A stretch of DNA of 64,000 bases from a virus (Duplodnaviria > Caudoviricetes): the IMG/VR virus record IMGVR_UViG_3300044551_000092, positions 96,001 through 160,000 of that record. One strand, written 5' to 3'. Position numbers and translations under genes: made by a program. A model generated the notes under the pieces. That model saw only the letters and a list, made by a program, of their open reading frames with translations, ran no database searches and was not told where the DNA came from. Shown in pieces: positions 28,785-38,400 of this stretch. How positions within the stretch are numbered: the stretch's first letter is position 1; each line of letters begins with the position of its first letter.

Positions 28785-31529
28785 ATGCAATATTATCTAA
28801 TAGTAACTTATGGGAGCGGAACACTATCGAGTGATAAATTGACAGCAACTACATCTGGAAATATGAAGGTTTCTCCAAATGAAGAAATTAAAGGAGATAA
28901 ATTTTACTATGAAATTAAGCTTAATATGAAATATTGTAATATTGAATCTCCAGCAGGTTTAATAAAAGAAGCTTTATATAATTCAACAGCACTTATTGGC
29001 GTTGAAGTCGATAATATAAATCATACACGAAGAATATTTATGGATGGTAATATATATAGAACACAGACTAATATTCCATCTAATAAGATGAACATTGAAA
29101 TATATGGTGGAGGTACAGTAACTTATAATTTTGGGAACCTGCCTTTTGAATATCAATCACCTAATCAATTTCCTGCTGCTATTTTCGCGCTTAGTAAATA
29201 TCTTTTTAGAGACATTGGAGATATAAAATCTTATAACAAAAAAATTAGTACAAAATCAATTGATTTTACGGGCAATAATTCTGGTGCGATGGTTAACTCC
29301 CCCAGCAGTGAATTAACAATCACTGGGGATGTTACACTACAAATTAAAACAAAAATTAGAGATTTATCTAATAATCCAATTTTAATAGCTTCTGGTAATG
29401 ATGGGGAAGCCAATGCAGCAAATGTTACATATCAAATTACTGTTAGTAAAAACGGAACAATTAATTATAAGCACGAATATAATAATGGACAAGATGAAGT
29501 TATAAGTACAGATAATTCTTATTTACCATTAAATGAATGGGTAGATATAGCCATTACAAGAAATACTGAGGATAAAATTATAACTTTTTATATTAATGGT
29601 GTTAAAAAAGAACAAAAAAGTTTTTCAAATTCACCAAACGGTGGCACTGATAATAAACTATCAATGGGTAGCTGGATTAATTCAATGTATTTTCTTAATG
29701 GTCAATTGGATGAAATAAAAATTTGGAATCGTATCTTGACTGATGAAGAAATTAAATTTTATTACAAACATTCTGTTGATCCAACATCAGATGGTCTAGT
29801 TGGTTATTGGCCCATTGAAGAATTAGATGGAACTATACTTAGTGATCTTAGCCCATATAAAAACAATGCAACAATAACAAATGGTTCTTTTTCAGATGAT
29901 ACAGACCTATTATTTGTTAGCTGGAAAACTATAGGCCCTGCACCAGCAACAAAAGCTATGTTTGATTCAGATGGTATGACGAACCTATCCAATATTGATA
30001 ATGAAGCCATTCAACAATTAGAGTCAGATCAGCCGGAACTCCTTTGCTGGACTGATGAAAATGTGCCACAATTAGAAAACACTATTCCTATCATGACTTC
30101 TGATACTTGCCCTAAAGGGACAGTTATTGATGGGGGGACATATAACGTCAGTGGTGAGACAAAAGTCAATCGTTGGGATGCTTTCAATGGTCAACCAAGT
30201 GGTTGGGGGTCTCCCTATAATACAAAAAGTGGCTGGATCGGGTTTCATTTCAGTACAGCAAAGGTGATTAGACAATACACAATACAGGCTGATGAAGTTT
30301 CATCTGTAAGTTTTGCACCAAAAGACTGGACTTTTGAAGGGTCAAATGATGGAGAAAACTGGACAATCCTTGATACGCAATCAAATGTAACTTCTTGGGA
30401 AAACCTAGAAAAGAAAACCTTTGAGATCAACAACACGAATACATTTTGTCAATACCGAATAAACATTACAGCAAATAATGGTGCTGATCACATTATTATC
30501 GGTGAAATTGAAATGTTTGGCTATGAACCCCGCCATGCAATATTGGCAGCTATTCCTAATCCCCAATTAGTCTTGCCGAAAGAAGACATAGAAATAAAGA
30601 ATTTTGAGAATATCAAAATAGATTCCATTTCACCTATTAATCTTTGCGTTGGTGGAGAACCCATAGCGAGTCGTTATGATACAAAGAATGGTAAACATAT
30701 TCCTGAAAGTGCTTTTGACAATGATGCATCTACGGCGTGGGATAGTGGTCAATATGGCAGCGCTGATGATTGGATTGGTTATGACTTTGGCGCGAGCCAC
30801 CCATTAGTTAGAAAAATAGTTCTTACACAAATGGATGCCGGCCATGCAGTAAGTGGGGTGACTGTACAAAGATCAACGGATAATATAAATTGGATTGATA
30901 TTATTACTGTTAGTTTAAGTCAAGACAGTTCTATACAAGAAATAAAACTCCCAAATACTGAATCAGCACAATATTGGAGAATTAAATCAACTTCAGGTCC
31001 ATCTCATGGTGGTTGGGGTTGGGAGATTTCAGAACTAAAAATGTTTGGTTGTTCAAATGAAGATATTAAAATAGTCCTTAGTGCTGATGAGGGAATGACA
31101 TGGATGGGCAAAACATCAGTAGATATTTCTGATTTGTCTTCTGTTAAATCGAACGGATGGTCCCCTGATGAATTACAAACCATTAGTCCTGATCAAATAT
31201 TAGATATAGTACCGAACAGAAAAGTTCGCTTTGCTTTCTATTTAGAACAAGAAAAATTAGAAAACATTACAGCACTAACATCTTTAAAAATCAATAATAG
31301 AGAATATATTTTCACTCCAACGTTGACGAATCTATCGATATTATTTCAGCTTTTAAAATCAAAACATCCAACTTATTTTGTTTCTCGCGATGACGGTGTG
31401 ACATGGAAAGAAATTGAACCCGACAAGCTTGTTGACTTCACTGATCAACCAGAGGGTAATAAACTTCGCATTAAAGCTCGATTGGAAGATGGACAAGAAA
31501 TCTACGCACTGACTTATTCTTGGATATAA
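28785..31529 (+). CDS. Receptor-binding-like protein: LamG (ConA-like) + two discoidin domains + family A C-terminus
   Basis: LamG WVDIAIT...FYING...FLNGQLDEIKIWNRILTDEEI...GLVGYW; discoidin PKDWTFEGSNDGENWTILD and AFDND...WIGYDFG; ends SRDDGVTW...YALTYSWI. Confidence 0.75.
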   Translation: MQYYLIVTYGSGTLSSDKLTATTSGNMKVSPNEEIKGDKFYYEIKLNMKYCNIESPAGLIKEALYNSTALIGVEVDNINHTRRIFMDGNIYRTQTNIPSNKMNIEIYGGGTVTYNFGNLPFEYQSPNQFPAAIFALSKYLFRDIGDIKSYNKKISTKSIDFTGNNSGAMVNSPSSELTITGDVTLQIKTKIRDLSNNPILIASGNDGEANAANVTYQITVSKNGTINYKHEYNNGQDEVISTDNSYLPLNEWVDIAITRNTEDKIITFYINGVKKEQKSFSNSPNGGTDNKLSMGSWINSMYFLNGQLDEIKIWNRILTDEEIKFYYKHSVDPTSDGLVGYWPIEELDGTILSDLSPYKNNATITNGSFSDDTDLLFVSWKTIGPAPATKAMFDSDGMTNLSNIDNEAIQQLESDQPELLCWTDENVPQLENTIPIMTSDTCPKGTVIDGGTYNVSGETKVNRWDAFNGQPSGWGSPYNTKSGWIGFHFSTAKVIRQYTIQADEVSSVSFAPKDWTFEGSNDGENWTILDTQSNVTSWENLEKKTFEINNTNTFCQYRINITANNGADHIIIGEIEMFGYEPRHAILAAIPNPQLVLPKEDIEIKNFENIKIDSISPINLCVGGEPIASRYDTKNGKHIPESAFDNDASTAWDSGQYGSADDWIGYDFGASHPLVRKIVLTQMDAGHAVSGVTVQRSTDNINWIDIITVSLSQDSSIQEIKLPNTESAQYWRIKSTSGPSHGGWGWEISELKMFGCSNEDIKIVLSADEGMTWMGKTSVDISDLSSVKSNGWSPDELQTISPDQILDIVPNRKVRFAFYLEQEKLENITALTSLKINNREYIFTPTLTNLSILFQLLKSKHPTYFVSRDDGVTWKEIEPDKLVDFTDQPEGNKLRIKARLEDGQEIYALTYSWI

Positions 31530-31541
31530 GAGGTGACCTAT

Positions 31542-32138
31542 ATGGACCCAATCAGCTATGGTGTTGCAAATCAAGCACTAAAACAACTTAGTAACATTGA
31601 ACATGCTTTAGGTGAAGATGTTCAAGGGAATTATGAATCTATTAAAGCGCGAATTGATGCACTGGAAATTGCCATGCAGACTGTAGTTAAAGAAGCTGAT
31701 AAGCTCATCATCCAAGATGCCATTAATATTATGAAAGCTAATGCCAAATTCAATGTGGCCGTAAAAGCTAAACGTTATCAAATGCAGAACATGCTTTTTG
31801 ATGATCTTTTGGATGACAGTGGTCTCGACAAAGTCAAAAGTAAAAACTATGTACTTGATACAGAAGTCGGGACAATCACAGCTAGTGATGATTGTCTAGT
31901 TGAAACAGGAAAATTGGAGCTTCCCGCGACACCAGCTAAACTCATTTTGGTTGTTGATCAGACATCAATAAATACTTATTATGCTTCACGAGATGGTGGA
32001 ACGATATGGGAAGCTATCACACCGGAACAGTTATTTTATTTCGATGATAATATTAGTCCTTTAGAAAATAAATTGAAACTAAAGATGAAATTATCTAATG
32101 GTTCAAAACTACTTAGTTATGCCCTGACATGGGTGTAA
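31542..32138 (+). CDS. Family A minimal scaffold protein
   Basis: MDPISYG...RIDALE...INIMKAN...FDDLLDDSGLD...SRDGGTIW...LKLK...YALTWV with no insert. Start ATG 31542 (SD GAGGTG; track start 31533). Confidence 0.6.
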   Translation: MDPISYGVANQALKQLSNIEHALGEDVQGNYESIKARIDALEIAMQTVVKEADKLIIQDAINIMKANAKFNVAVKAKRYQMQNMLFDDLLDDSGLDKVKSKNYVLDTEVGTITASDDCLVETGKLELPATPAKLILVVDQTSINTYYASRDGGTIWEAITPEQLFYFDDNISPLENKLKLKMKLSNGSKLLSYALTWV

Positions 32139-32156
32139 GTAAAGGAGCAAAGGATA

Positions 32157-32603
32157 ATGACCGTACAACGAATTAGTTTAGTTCCAGATAGTGAAAAAGA
32201 TTATCTAATTATCAAGCAAAAGATTCTGGATCAACAGCTGACCAAAAAAGATTATGATCAGTTGCCGCCGGCAGAACAGCAGGTCGTCGAAAAGGCTTTA
32301 TTTGATATTGCTTCTGACAAAGTTGAACCTAACATTGGTGCTTCAGCCCTAGAATTTGTTCTTTTCATGTTCATGAGAATTGTAAATAAAAAATTAGTAG
32401 GCAAAAGCTTAACTGCGGATGATAAGATTATCGAGGCCTCATTAAACCGAATTACATCCATGCATCAGATTACAGACAGTAAATTATCGATCGATCAATG
32501 GCTTTTTGACTACATGGCTTATGCGGAAGAAAAAGCAGCTAAAATTCTGCAAAATCGTAAAGAACACATTGCAAGGAAGGTTGAAATCACTGGTCATCAT
32601 TAA
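32157..32603 (+). CDS. Hypothetical helical protein
   Basis: SD AAAGGAG; 148 aa; no recognised motif. Confidence 0.5.
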   Translation: MTVQRISLVPDSEKDYLIIKQKILDQQLTKKDYDQLPPAEQQVVEKALFDIASDKVEPNIGASALEFVLFMFMRIVNKKLVGKSLTADDKIIEASLNRITSMHQITDSKLSIDQWLFDYMAYAEEKAAKILQNRKEHIARKVEITGHH

Positions 32604-32668
32604 ATTCTTAGAAAAATCGGCTTTGCAAGATCTTTAGAAAAAACATACGATAAAACTGGTGATCTATC

Positions 32669-33163
32669 ATGGCTATAGAAACTGGTGATCTTATCTTTGT
32701 GCGGGATCAGCCGGATCTTATTTCCAGATTAATTTGTTGGTTTACCGGCAGCCGTTATTCACACGTAGGAATGATCTATCAAGACGACTTGATCTATGAA
32801 ATTAATTTATCCCGGCAACTCGCAATCTACCCCAATCGATATAAACATTATGATATCTATCGGTATAAAAAAGGCTTAACTCATTTACAAAAAATAATGT
32901 TACAGGATCAAGCGGCAGCTGAAGCAAAGGTAAATGAAGGATATGATTTACCAAAAATCTTTGAATTTGCCTTGATGAAATGGATCAAGAAACCGTTTGT
33001 TTTGAAACAAAATAAAAAGAAAATCTGCTCTGAAATTGTAGATAATCTATATCTAAGTATTGGGATTGATCTTGTTCCTGAAAGAATTAATGGGGATGTT
33101 CGACCGGTTGATTTGGTTAAATCTTCACAGCTGAAAAGAATATATTCCTACGATCTTCGCTAG
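32669..33163 (+). CDS. Permuted papain-like NlpC/P60 amidase (YiiX/YebB-like)
   Basis: GDLIFV...ISRLI.WFTGSRYSHVG (His) precedes GYD...ICSEIV (Cys)...VRPVDL, the permuted His-before-Cys order. Confidence 0.85.
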   Translation: MAIETGDLIFVRDQPDLISRLICWFTGSRYSHVGMIYQDDLIYEINLSRQLAIYPNRYKHYDIYRYKKGLTHLQKIMLQDQAAAEAKVNEGYDLPKIFEFALMKWIKKPFVLKQNKKKICSEIVDNLYLSIGIDLVPERINGDVRPVDLVKSSQLKRIYSYDLR

Positions 33164-33201
33164 TAGGTCAATAAAAAAATCGTTCTAAGGAGGAAGAACT
33201 C

Positions 33202-33849
33202 ATGGCGGATGCACTTGAATCAAATTATTCAAATGAAGTTAATGTCCAGGCTGAAGCGCCAGTTCCAGATACACTTGCTCCGGGTATTCCAGCAAATCTT
33301 GCAGCACAAATTGCACAGGGCAAAGTAACCCTATCGTGGGATCCAGTTACCAAGAATCACGATAACTCTGATATAACAGATCTTGGTGGCTATAATATTC
33401 TGCGTAAACTCCACGATGAAGATGAATTTACTCAGATTGGTCAAGTCGATGCGACTCATACATCCTATGAAGATACAGACATCGTTGACGGTGCGACGTA
33501 TATCTATGCCGTTAATGCGTATGATACCGCAGAAACTCCGAATGTCGGTTTAAATTCTGAAGAACTGACGGTTAAAACTATTCCAGGCATTCCTCAAAAT
33601 CTTGCTGGCTCTTCAGCGGATGGTAAAGTTAATCTGACGTGGGACAGCGTTCTTAATGCAGAAAGCCCCCATACAAATGAGAACCTTGCTGGATATAACG
33701 TCTATCGTTCAACCACAACAGGGGAAGGTTACACGAAAATCGGCTCAACCGATAAAAATACGACAACTTATGAAGATACCGATGTTGAGGCAGGCACCAC
33801 TTATTATTATGTGGTAACTTCGTATGATAACAGTGGCGCTGCTGCTTAA
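33202..33849 (+). CDS. Fibronectin type III repeat protein (two FN3 domains)
   Basis: Two repeats PGIP.NL......GKV.L.WD.V...GYN..R...YEDTD...G.TY.Y.V..YD; strong SD AAGGAGG; terminator follows. Confidence 0.85.
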   Translation: MADALESNYSNEVNVQAEAPVPDTLAPGIPANLAAQIAQGKVTLSWDPVTKNHDNSDITDLGGYNILRKLHDEDEFTQIGQVDATHTSYEDTDIVDGATYIYAVNAYDTAETPNVGLNSEELTVKTIPGIPQNLAGSSADGKVNLTWDSVLNAESPHTNENLAGYNVYRSTTTGEGYTKIGSTDKNTTTYEDTDVEAGTTYYYVVTSYDNSGAAA

Positions 33850-33868
33850 ATCAAACGACTGTATTTTT

Positions 33869-33899
33869 GAGACGCAGGAGAACACTGCGTCTCTTTTTT
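33869..33899 (+). terminator. Intrinsic terminator
   Basis: Perfect 9-bp stem GAGACGCAG / CTGCGTCTC, 7-nt loop, T6 tail. Confidence 0.92.
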
Positions 33900-33923
33900 C
33901 ATATGTTCAAGGTATATGAAACA

Positions 33924-33955
33924 TGGTACAATAAATTTAGAATGAATTTTCTAAA
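33924..33955 (+). promoter_or_regulatory. Extended -10 element (TGgTACAAT) followed by inverted repeat TTTAGAA-N6-TTCTAAA
   Basis: Lies between the terminator and the SD of 33973; no good -35. Confidence 0.4.
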
Positions 33956-33972
33956 GAACGGGGTGTATCTCC

Positions 33973-35415
33973 GTGTCGTATGAAAAGAAAACCGATATTT
34001 ATGAATTGGTTAGTAATGATCGGGTAGCATTTGAACAAATTAGTCAATCAGATTTAAAGGGGAAAGACATCCCAAAAACAGATGAATTTTTAGGCCTGTT
34101 TTATCAACAGTCACAATGTACAAATCTTGTGTTTAAATTGACAGGTTCAGCAACCGATATTTATCTAAAAATTTTTTATGTCAATCAACTTCCGCTTGCC
34201 ACTGCCAAACATGCCTTTATCCTGTTTTGGACAGGCACGAGCTGGAGCCGTATTGTTTTCACGCTGAATGAAAAAGAACATGCATTTGAGATTCATACGA
34301 ATAAAACAGGCTACTATGCGGTAGGAATCCAGAAAAATTGGTATTCTCAAATTACGCAATCCATTGCAAATGAGTGGCCGCATTGGGCAGGAATTCGTAG
34401 CGCTATTTCTTCCGGCCAAATTTACTTGAATCAATATGCCATGATTTTTGAAGAAATCAAAGAGCAGATTCAATGGATTCGAGAACAAAAATATCTAAGT
34501 ACGGTGGATGTACATCAACTGGATTGGATTTATATTTACTCGTTACCGGTGCCATTAACGGCTGATGATACGATCACCCTAAAAGATGGAGACCATTTGG
34601 TAGAAGTCTTTGATAGCGTTTATCAATTCTTCGTCAATGATTCCAATCAGGGCGGCATCATTGATTATGAAAAAAGTCGCTTTTATTCGGTTGCTAAATA
34701 TGAACAGTTAAAATTATATACCAATAAAGGCACATTTAATTTGGTTGGCCAACCCTATCAGGTGTGGAACTCGCTCGATGATTTTGGCTTATTGCTCGAT
34801 GAACCGCGACGATTTTTAGAAAAAAACAAAGATTATATTGAACGATTATTGAATGTGTTTCGCTATCCATCGAACACAACGAAAACAGGCGTCGCAAACG
34901 GGGTGGGGCGAAACCTTAATCTGATTCAAAAGGTTACGTGGGTCGATGATACAAAAACACTGTTTATTCGTAATGATTCTGCGGCCTATATTGAACCACA
35001 TAGCATTCGTGTTGATGGCTATAAATTAGATGCAAGTGATTATACAATCGATGCCTCGTTAAATTTAAAAATCAATCCCATGAACCAACATAAGACACAT
35101 ATAGTGACTTTTATGAATAACTTGATTCAACATGAACTCTATAATCAGCAGGATATGGAACTGCAAAAGTTGATCTATCAAGATGACGGTCAAGCAACCT
35201 CAACGCTTTTACATTGGGTTGAACAGATAAATATGATTGCGCCGGTTATGTGGGATCAGATTAAGTGGGATCAGGGTTTTTGGGACACGATCAATAAAAA
35301 TCTGCTAAGTATCGGATATATACCAAATATCTGGGATTCCAATACGGATGTCTGGAAATCATATGTTATCAAGAAAGACAGATGGGAGGCGCAAAACATA
35401 TGGCAGACGGAGTGA
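33973..35415 (+). CDS. Baseplate wedge protein with gpI-like domain
   Basis: LDDFGLLLDEPRRFLEKNKDYIERLLNVFRYPSNTTKTGVANGV resembles the gpI-type wedge signature; GTG start, SD GGGGTG. Confidence 0.5.
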   Translation: MSYEKKTDIYELVSNDRVAFEQISQSDLKGKDIPKTDEFLGLFYQQSQCTNLVFKLTGSATDIYLKIFYVNQLPLATAKHAFILFWTGTSWSRIVFTLNEKEHAFEIHTNKTGYYAVGIQKNWYSQITQSIANEWPHWAGIRSAISSGQIYLNQYAMIFEEIKEQIQWIREQKYLSTVDVHQLDWIYIYSLPVPLTADDTITLKDGDHLVEVFDSVYQFFVNDSNQGGIIDYEKSRFYSVAKYEQLKLYTNKGTFNLVGQPYQVWNSLDDFGLLLDEPRRFLEKNKDYIERLLNVFRYPSNTTKTGVANGVGRNLNLIQKVTWVDDTKTLFIRNDSAAYIEPHSIRVDGYKLDASDYTIDASLNLKINPMNQHKTHIVTFMNNLIQHELYNQQDMELQKLIYQDDGQATSTLLHWVEQINMIAPVMWDQIKWDQGFWDTINKNLLSIGYIPNIWDSNTDVWKSYVIKKDRWEAQNIWQTE

Positions 35416-38400
35416 TGAACCCTGATCAATTTCCAGACAGTGAATTGCCAAATCGAAATATTAAGCAAAACACTGACGATCATATTGTCTGGAAGACTGA
35501 TGAAGAGAAACAAAAAGTGATGTCTCCCGGTGTCATCGACGCCCCTTATCTTCAGGGTAAAACACAAAATCGGCCGATTAAAGCCATTAAATCTGGTGTT
35601 GGCGATCAAGACGATTTATTAGTGAAAAAGCCGGAAAAGGAAACTCTATCAAAAGATTTTAAAATATCCGCTCGGTTAGAAGGGGAGCAGCAGCACAGCA
35701 TTAATCACTTTCCAGGGATTGATTTTCAATACGGCATTCATTATAAGGGCCAATATTATGAAGATGACAACAGCCAGCACTACAAACACCGGGTCGATGC
35801 CTATCCGAAAAAAGTTTTAAAAGCTGAGATTACTCAAACCGATAAACATCCAGTTACACGTCCTTGGGTTGTTGGCGTAGACATTAATGGCCATGTTCGT
35901 AAGACCACATTGCATTATGCAGTAGAATGGAGCGGTCTGTATCAAGAAGAGGAAGTGCAGGGGGCTGCGGATCTGTTTACATATCAAAACGGGAATTTTA
36001 TCGGCCCTGGACCAAAAACAAATTCTTGGCACAAAGAGGGCGGCTCGGTCCAAAACTATGACAACCGATCGCATATGCAAGGTGTTGTGGCAAAAGAATT
36101 TTACGACTGGGATTCTTATGAGTGTGAATATGAATTTCAACCCATCCGCTCACTAAAATATCGCCCCGACACGGCAGCAACCGTTCCTTACAACGGCCGC
36201 TGGTACCGTCTGCCGGGCGCTGACGGCGATATCCTCGGCTTTGTGTTTAAGGCTAAGCCAGATAATAAAAACTTCTATCTGTTCCTCTGGGAGGCTCAGG
36301 ATAGGGTAATGAGTTCTTGGCGGGCTAAATCATTTAATGGTTATAACTGTTTAACCGGTGGTGTCAGCGATTATACGTTGGATAAGGCGGAACAGGTTTA
36401 CCGGAGGTATATGTCCTCATCCAACCAAGCCGCGCTTGGAATATATACTGGGCTTAGCTTGAGTACGGGGTCAAATTCAGATATTACAAGCTCACAATGG
36501 AGTAAGTGGACTCGCTGGTGTAACAGTGCCGGTTGGGGGAAACGCCATTATAAGATATATAAAGTAACAAATGGCGTCATGCATGAAGTACATGTGACGC
36601 CGCGAGGCAACAACAATGGCTGGAAACAAAACTGGATTGATGGTTCCGGCTACTTTCCCATGGATTACTTAAACAGTGTCAAAATACACGTAGAAGGACG
36701 ACGCGTACAGATTTATACCAAATCCTATAAATCAGGACATTATAACAGTGTTGGTTTTCAAAAAGCCTTTGACTTTAATGTCGCTTCGGGTTATGAACAG
36801 GGAAGCACGGGTATTGTTACCTTTTCACAGTCTGTAAAAATGACAAAGATCCGAGTATCCCGTTGGTTGCCTATGAACGGTCGAGTTCCATCATCGGGCT
36901 ATAGCGCATGGAGTGGAATCGGTTCGAAAAAGATAAGCTCTTCCGGATCATCTTACGTTGACAGCTCTGCGCGATCAATGGCCAGGCAAAAGTCTGGGCA
37001 ATCCGACCCAGAATATGAAGTTAAGAAAGTAACTGGTTTGGTCGAAAATAAAGAATATGGATCTATCTCTGCATCGGTAAATCGACCTGTCGTGCTTACG
37101 TCCACCAATCCAAAAGACGCGGGCGGTATCCGGACAATTACGCCGACACGTTCAGGGACGGCTTATATTACACCTGATCATTTTAATCAGGAGACTTGGC
37201 TGATGGTAATTAAAGATATACCCAGCCTTTTTAAAGAAACGATCAATAGTTTCTTAGCCAACAATCCAGAAATTGATCGAATTGCCTCTGTTGTTCCTCG
37301 GGTGATTAAACCCAATCATAAAGATGACGATGACTGGGATTTCGTGAATGGAGCGCTTTATATGTGGAACAGTGCCCCACCGATTACGCAAAAAACGAAA
37401 GACTACGCCGTCACTGTTTATGCATACGAAGGATTGAAACGAGTCGCTAATCTATGGGATGATTTTCAAGATTCCAAATGGGCAACTTATGTTCTACGGA
37501 TTATTGACAATCCAGATGATCCGACTGGCTTTAATCCAGATTTTGACAAACTGTACATCAAAGATAAAAAGCTTTACGCTCAAACGAAAGAATGGTATCT
37601 GGGGACTTATGATGCCGATATTAGCGATGTGGGAACAGTCACCAATCAAGCCAATGTTGAGATTGATATTCCGCCAATGCCTGAACATTTTATTTCACCG
37701 TCTACCGGAGAAGAAATGTATCATGGTTATACAGACGTGGATTTTCTCCTAAACCAGCTAGAACCGACGATCGTTAAAGATGTATGGATGTGGTTTAAGA
37801 GTAATCTGAGTCGCACAACCAAGAATACTCAATCGCCCTTAAACGTTCTGAATGGTAAGCCTATTATTAAGACGAATCTCATAAATGATAAAGTTGTTGT
37901 CCACTGTGAACCTCGTCCGCACTATATCCCTTGGGAGTCTGGCAAGTATATTGGATATGGCAAAGTCAACGGTAAGCGTCCATTCTTTTCTGCAGCACAT
38001 GGAAAAGCAGATTTAGCTAATGTGCCAACTAATGTGGTTTATATTGCTCCTGGAGTCAATCGCTTGTCCGACCCGATTATTGATGTCAGTGACGATCGAG
38101 TCAAATTTAAAATTAATCCAGATAAGACAGTCACTTTTTATTCGGATTATGAGGCTCCCTATGTATGGAAAACTCAATGGCATAGTCAGTGGAAAGATCT
38201 CCCGCTGGTTTACACCATACGTTCTGATGAGCAATGGATACGTCAGGTGTCCATTGATTTTAGTCAAGAAGATCTTGGCAATTATGATACTGGCAGTATT
38301 CAAGTTGAACGTATTCATGTTGTTCCAAGCAATCCTTTTGTGAATCTTTGGGCGGAAAAGGCTTTCGATAACCAAAAGAAAATCAACTATAATTTTGATG

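Noticed and set aside
28782-28787. TAA-ATG in-frame junction as a nonsense mutation, pseudogene or alternative genetic code
   Set aside because: A well-spaced SD (GAGGTG) lies just upstream of ATG 28785, and TAA, TGA and TAG all end genes normally elsewhere; two coupled genes is simpler.
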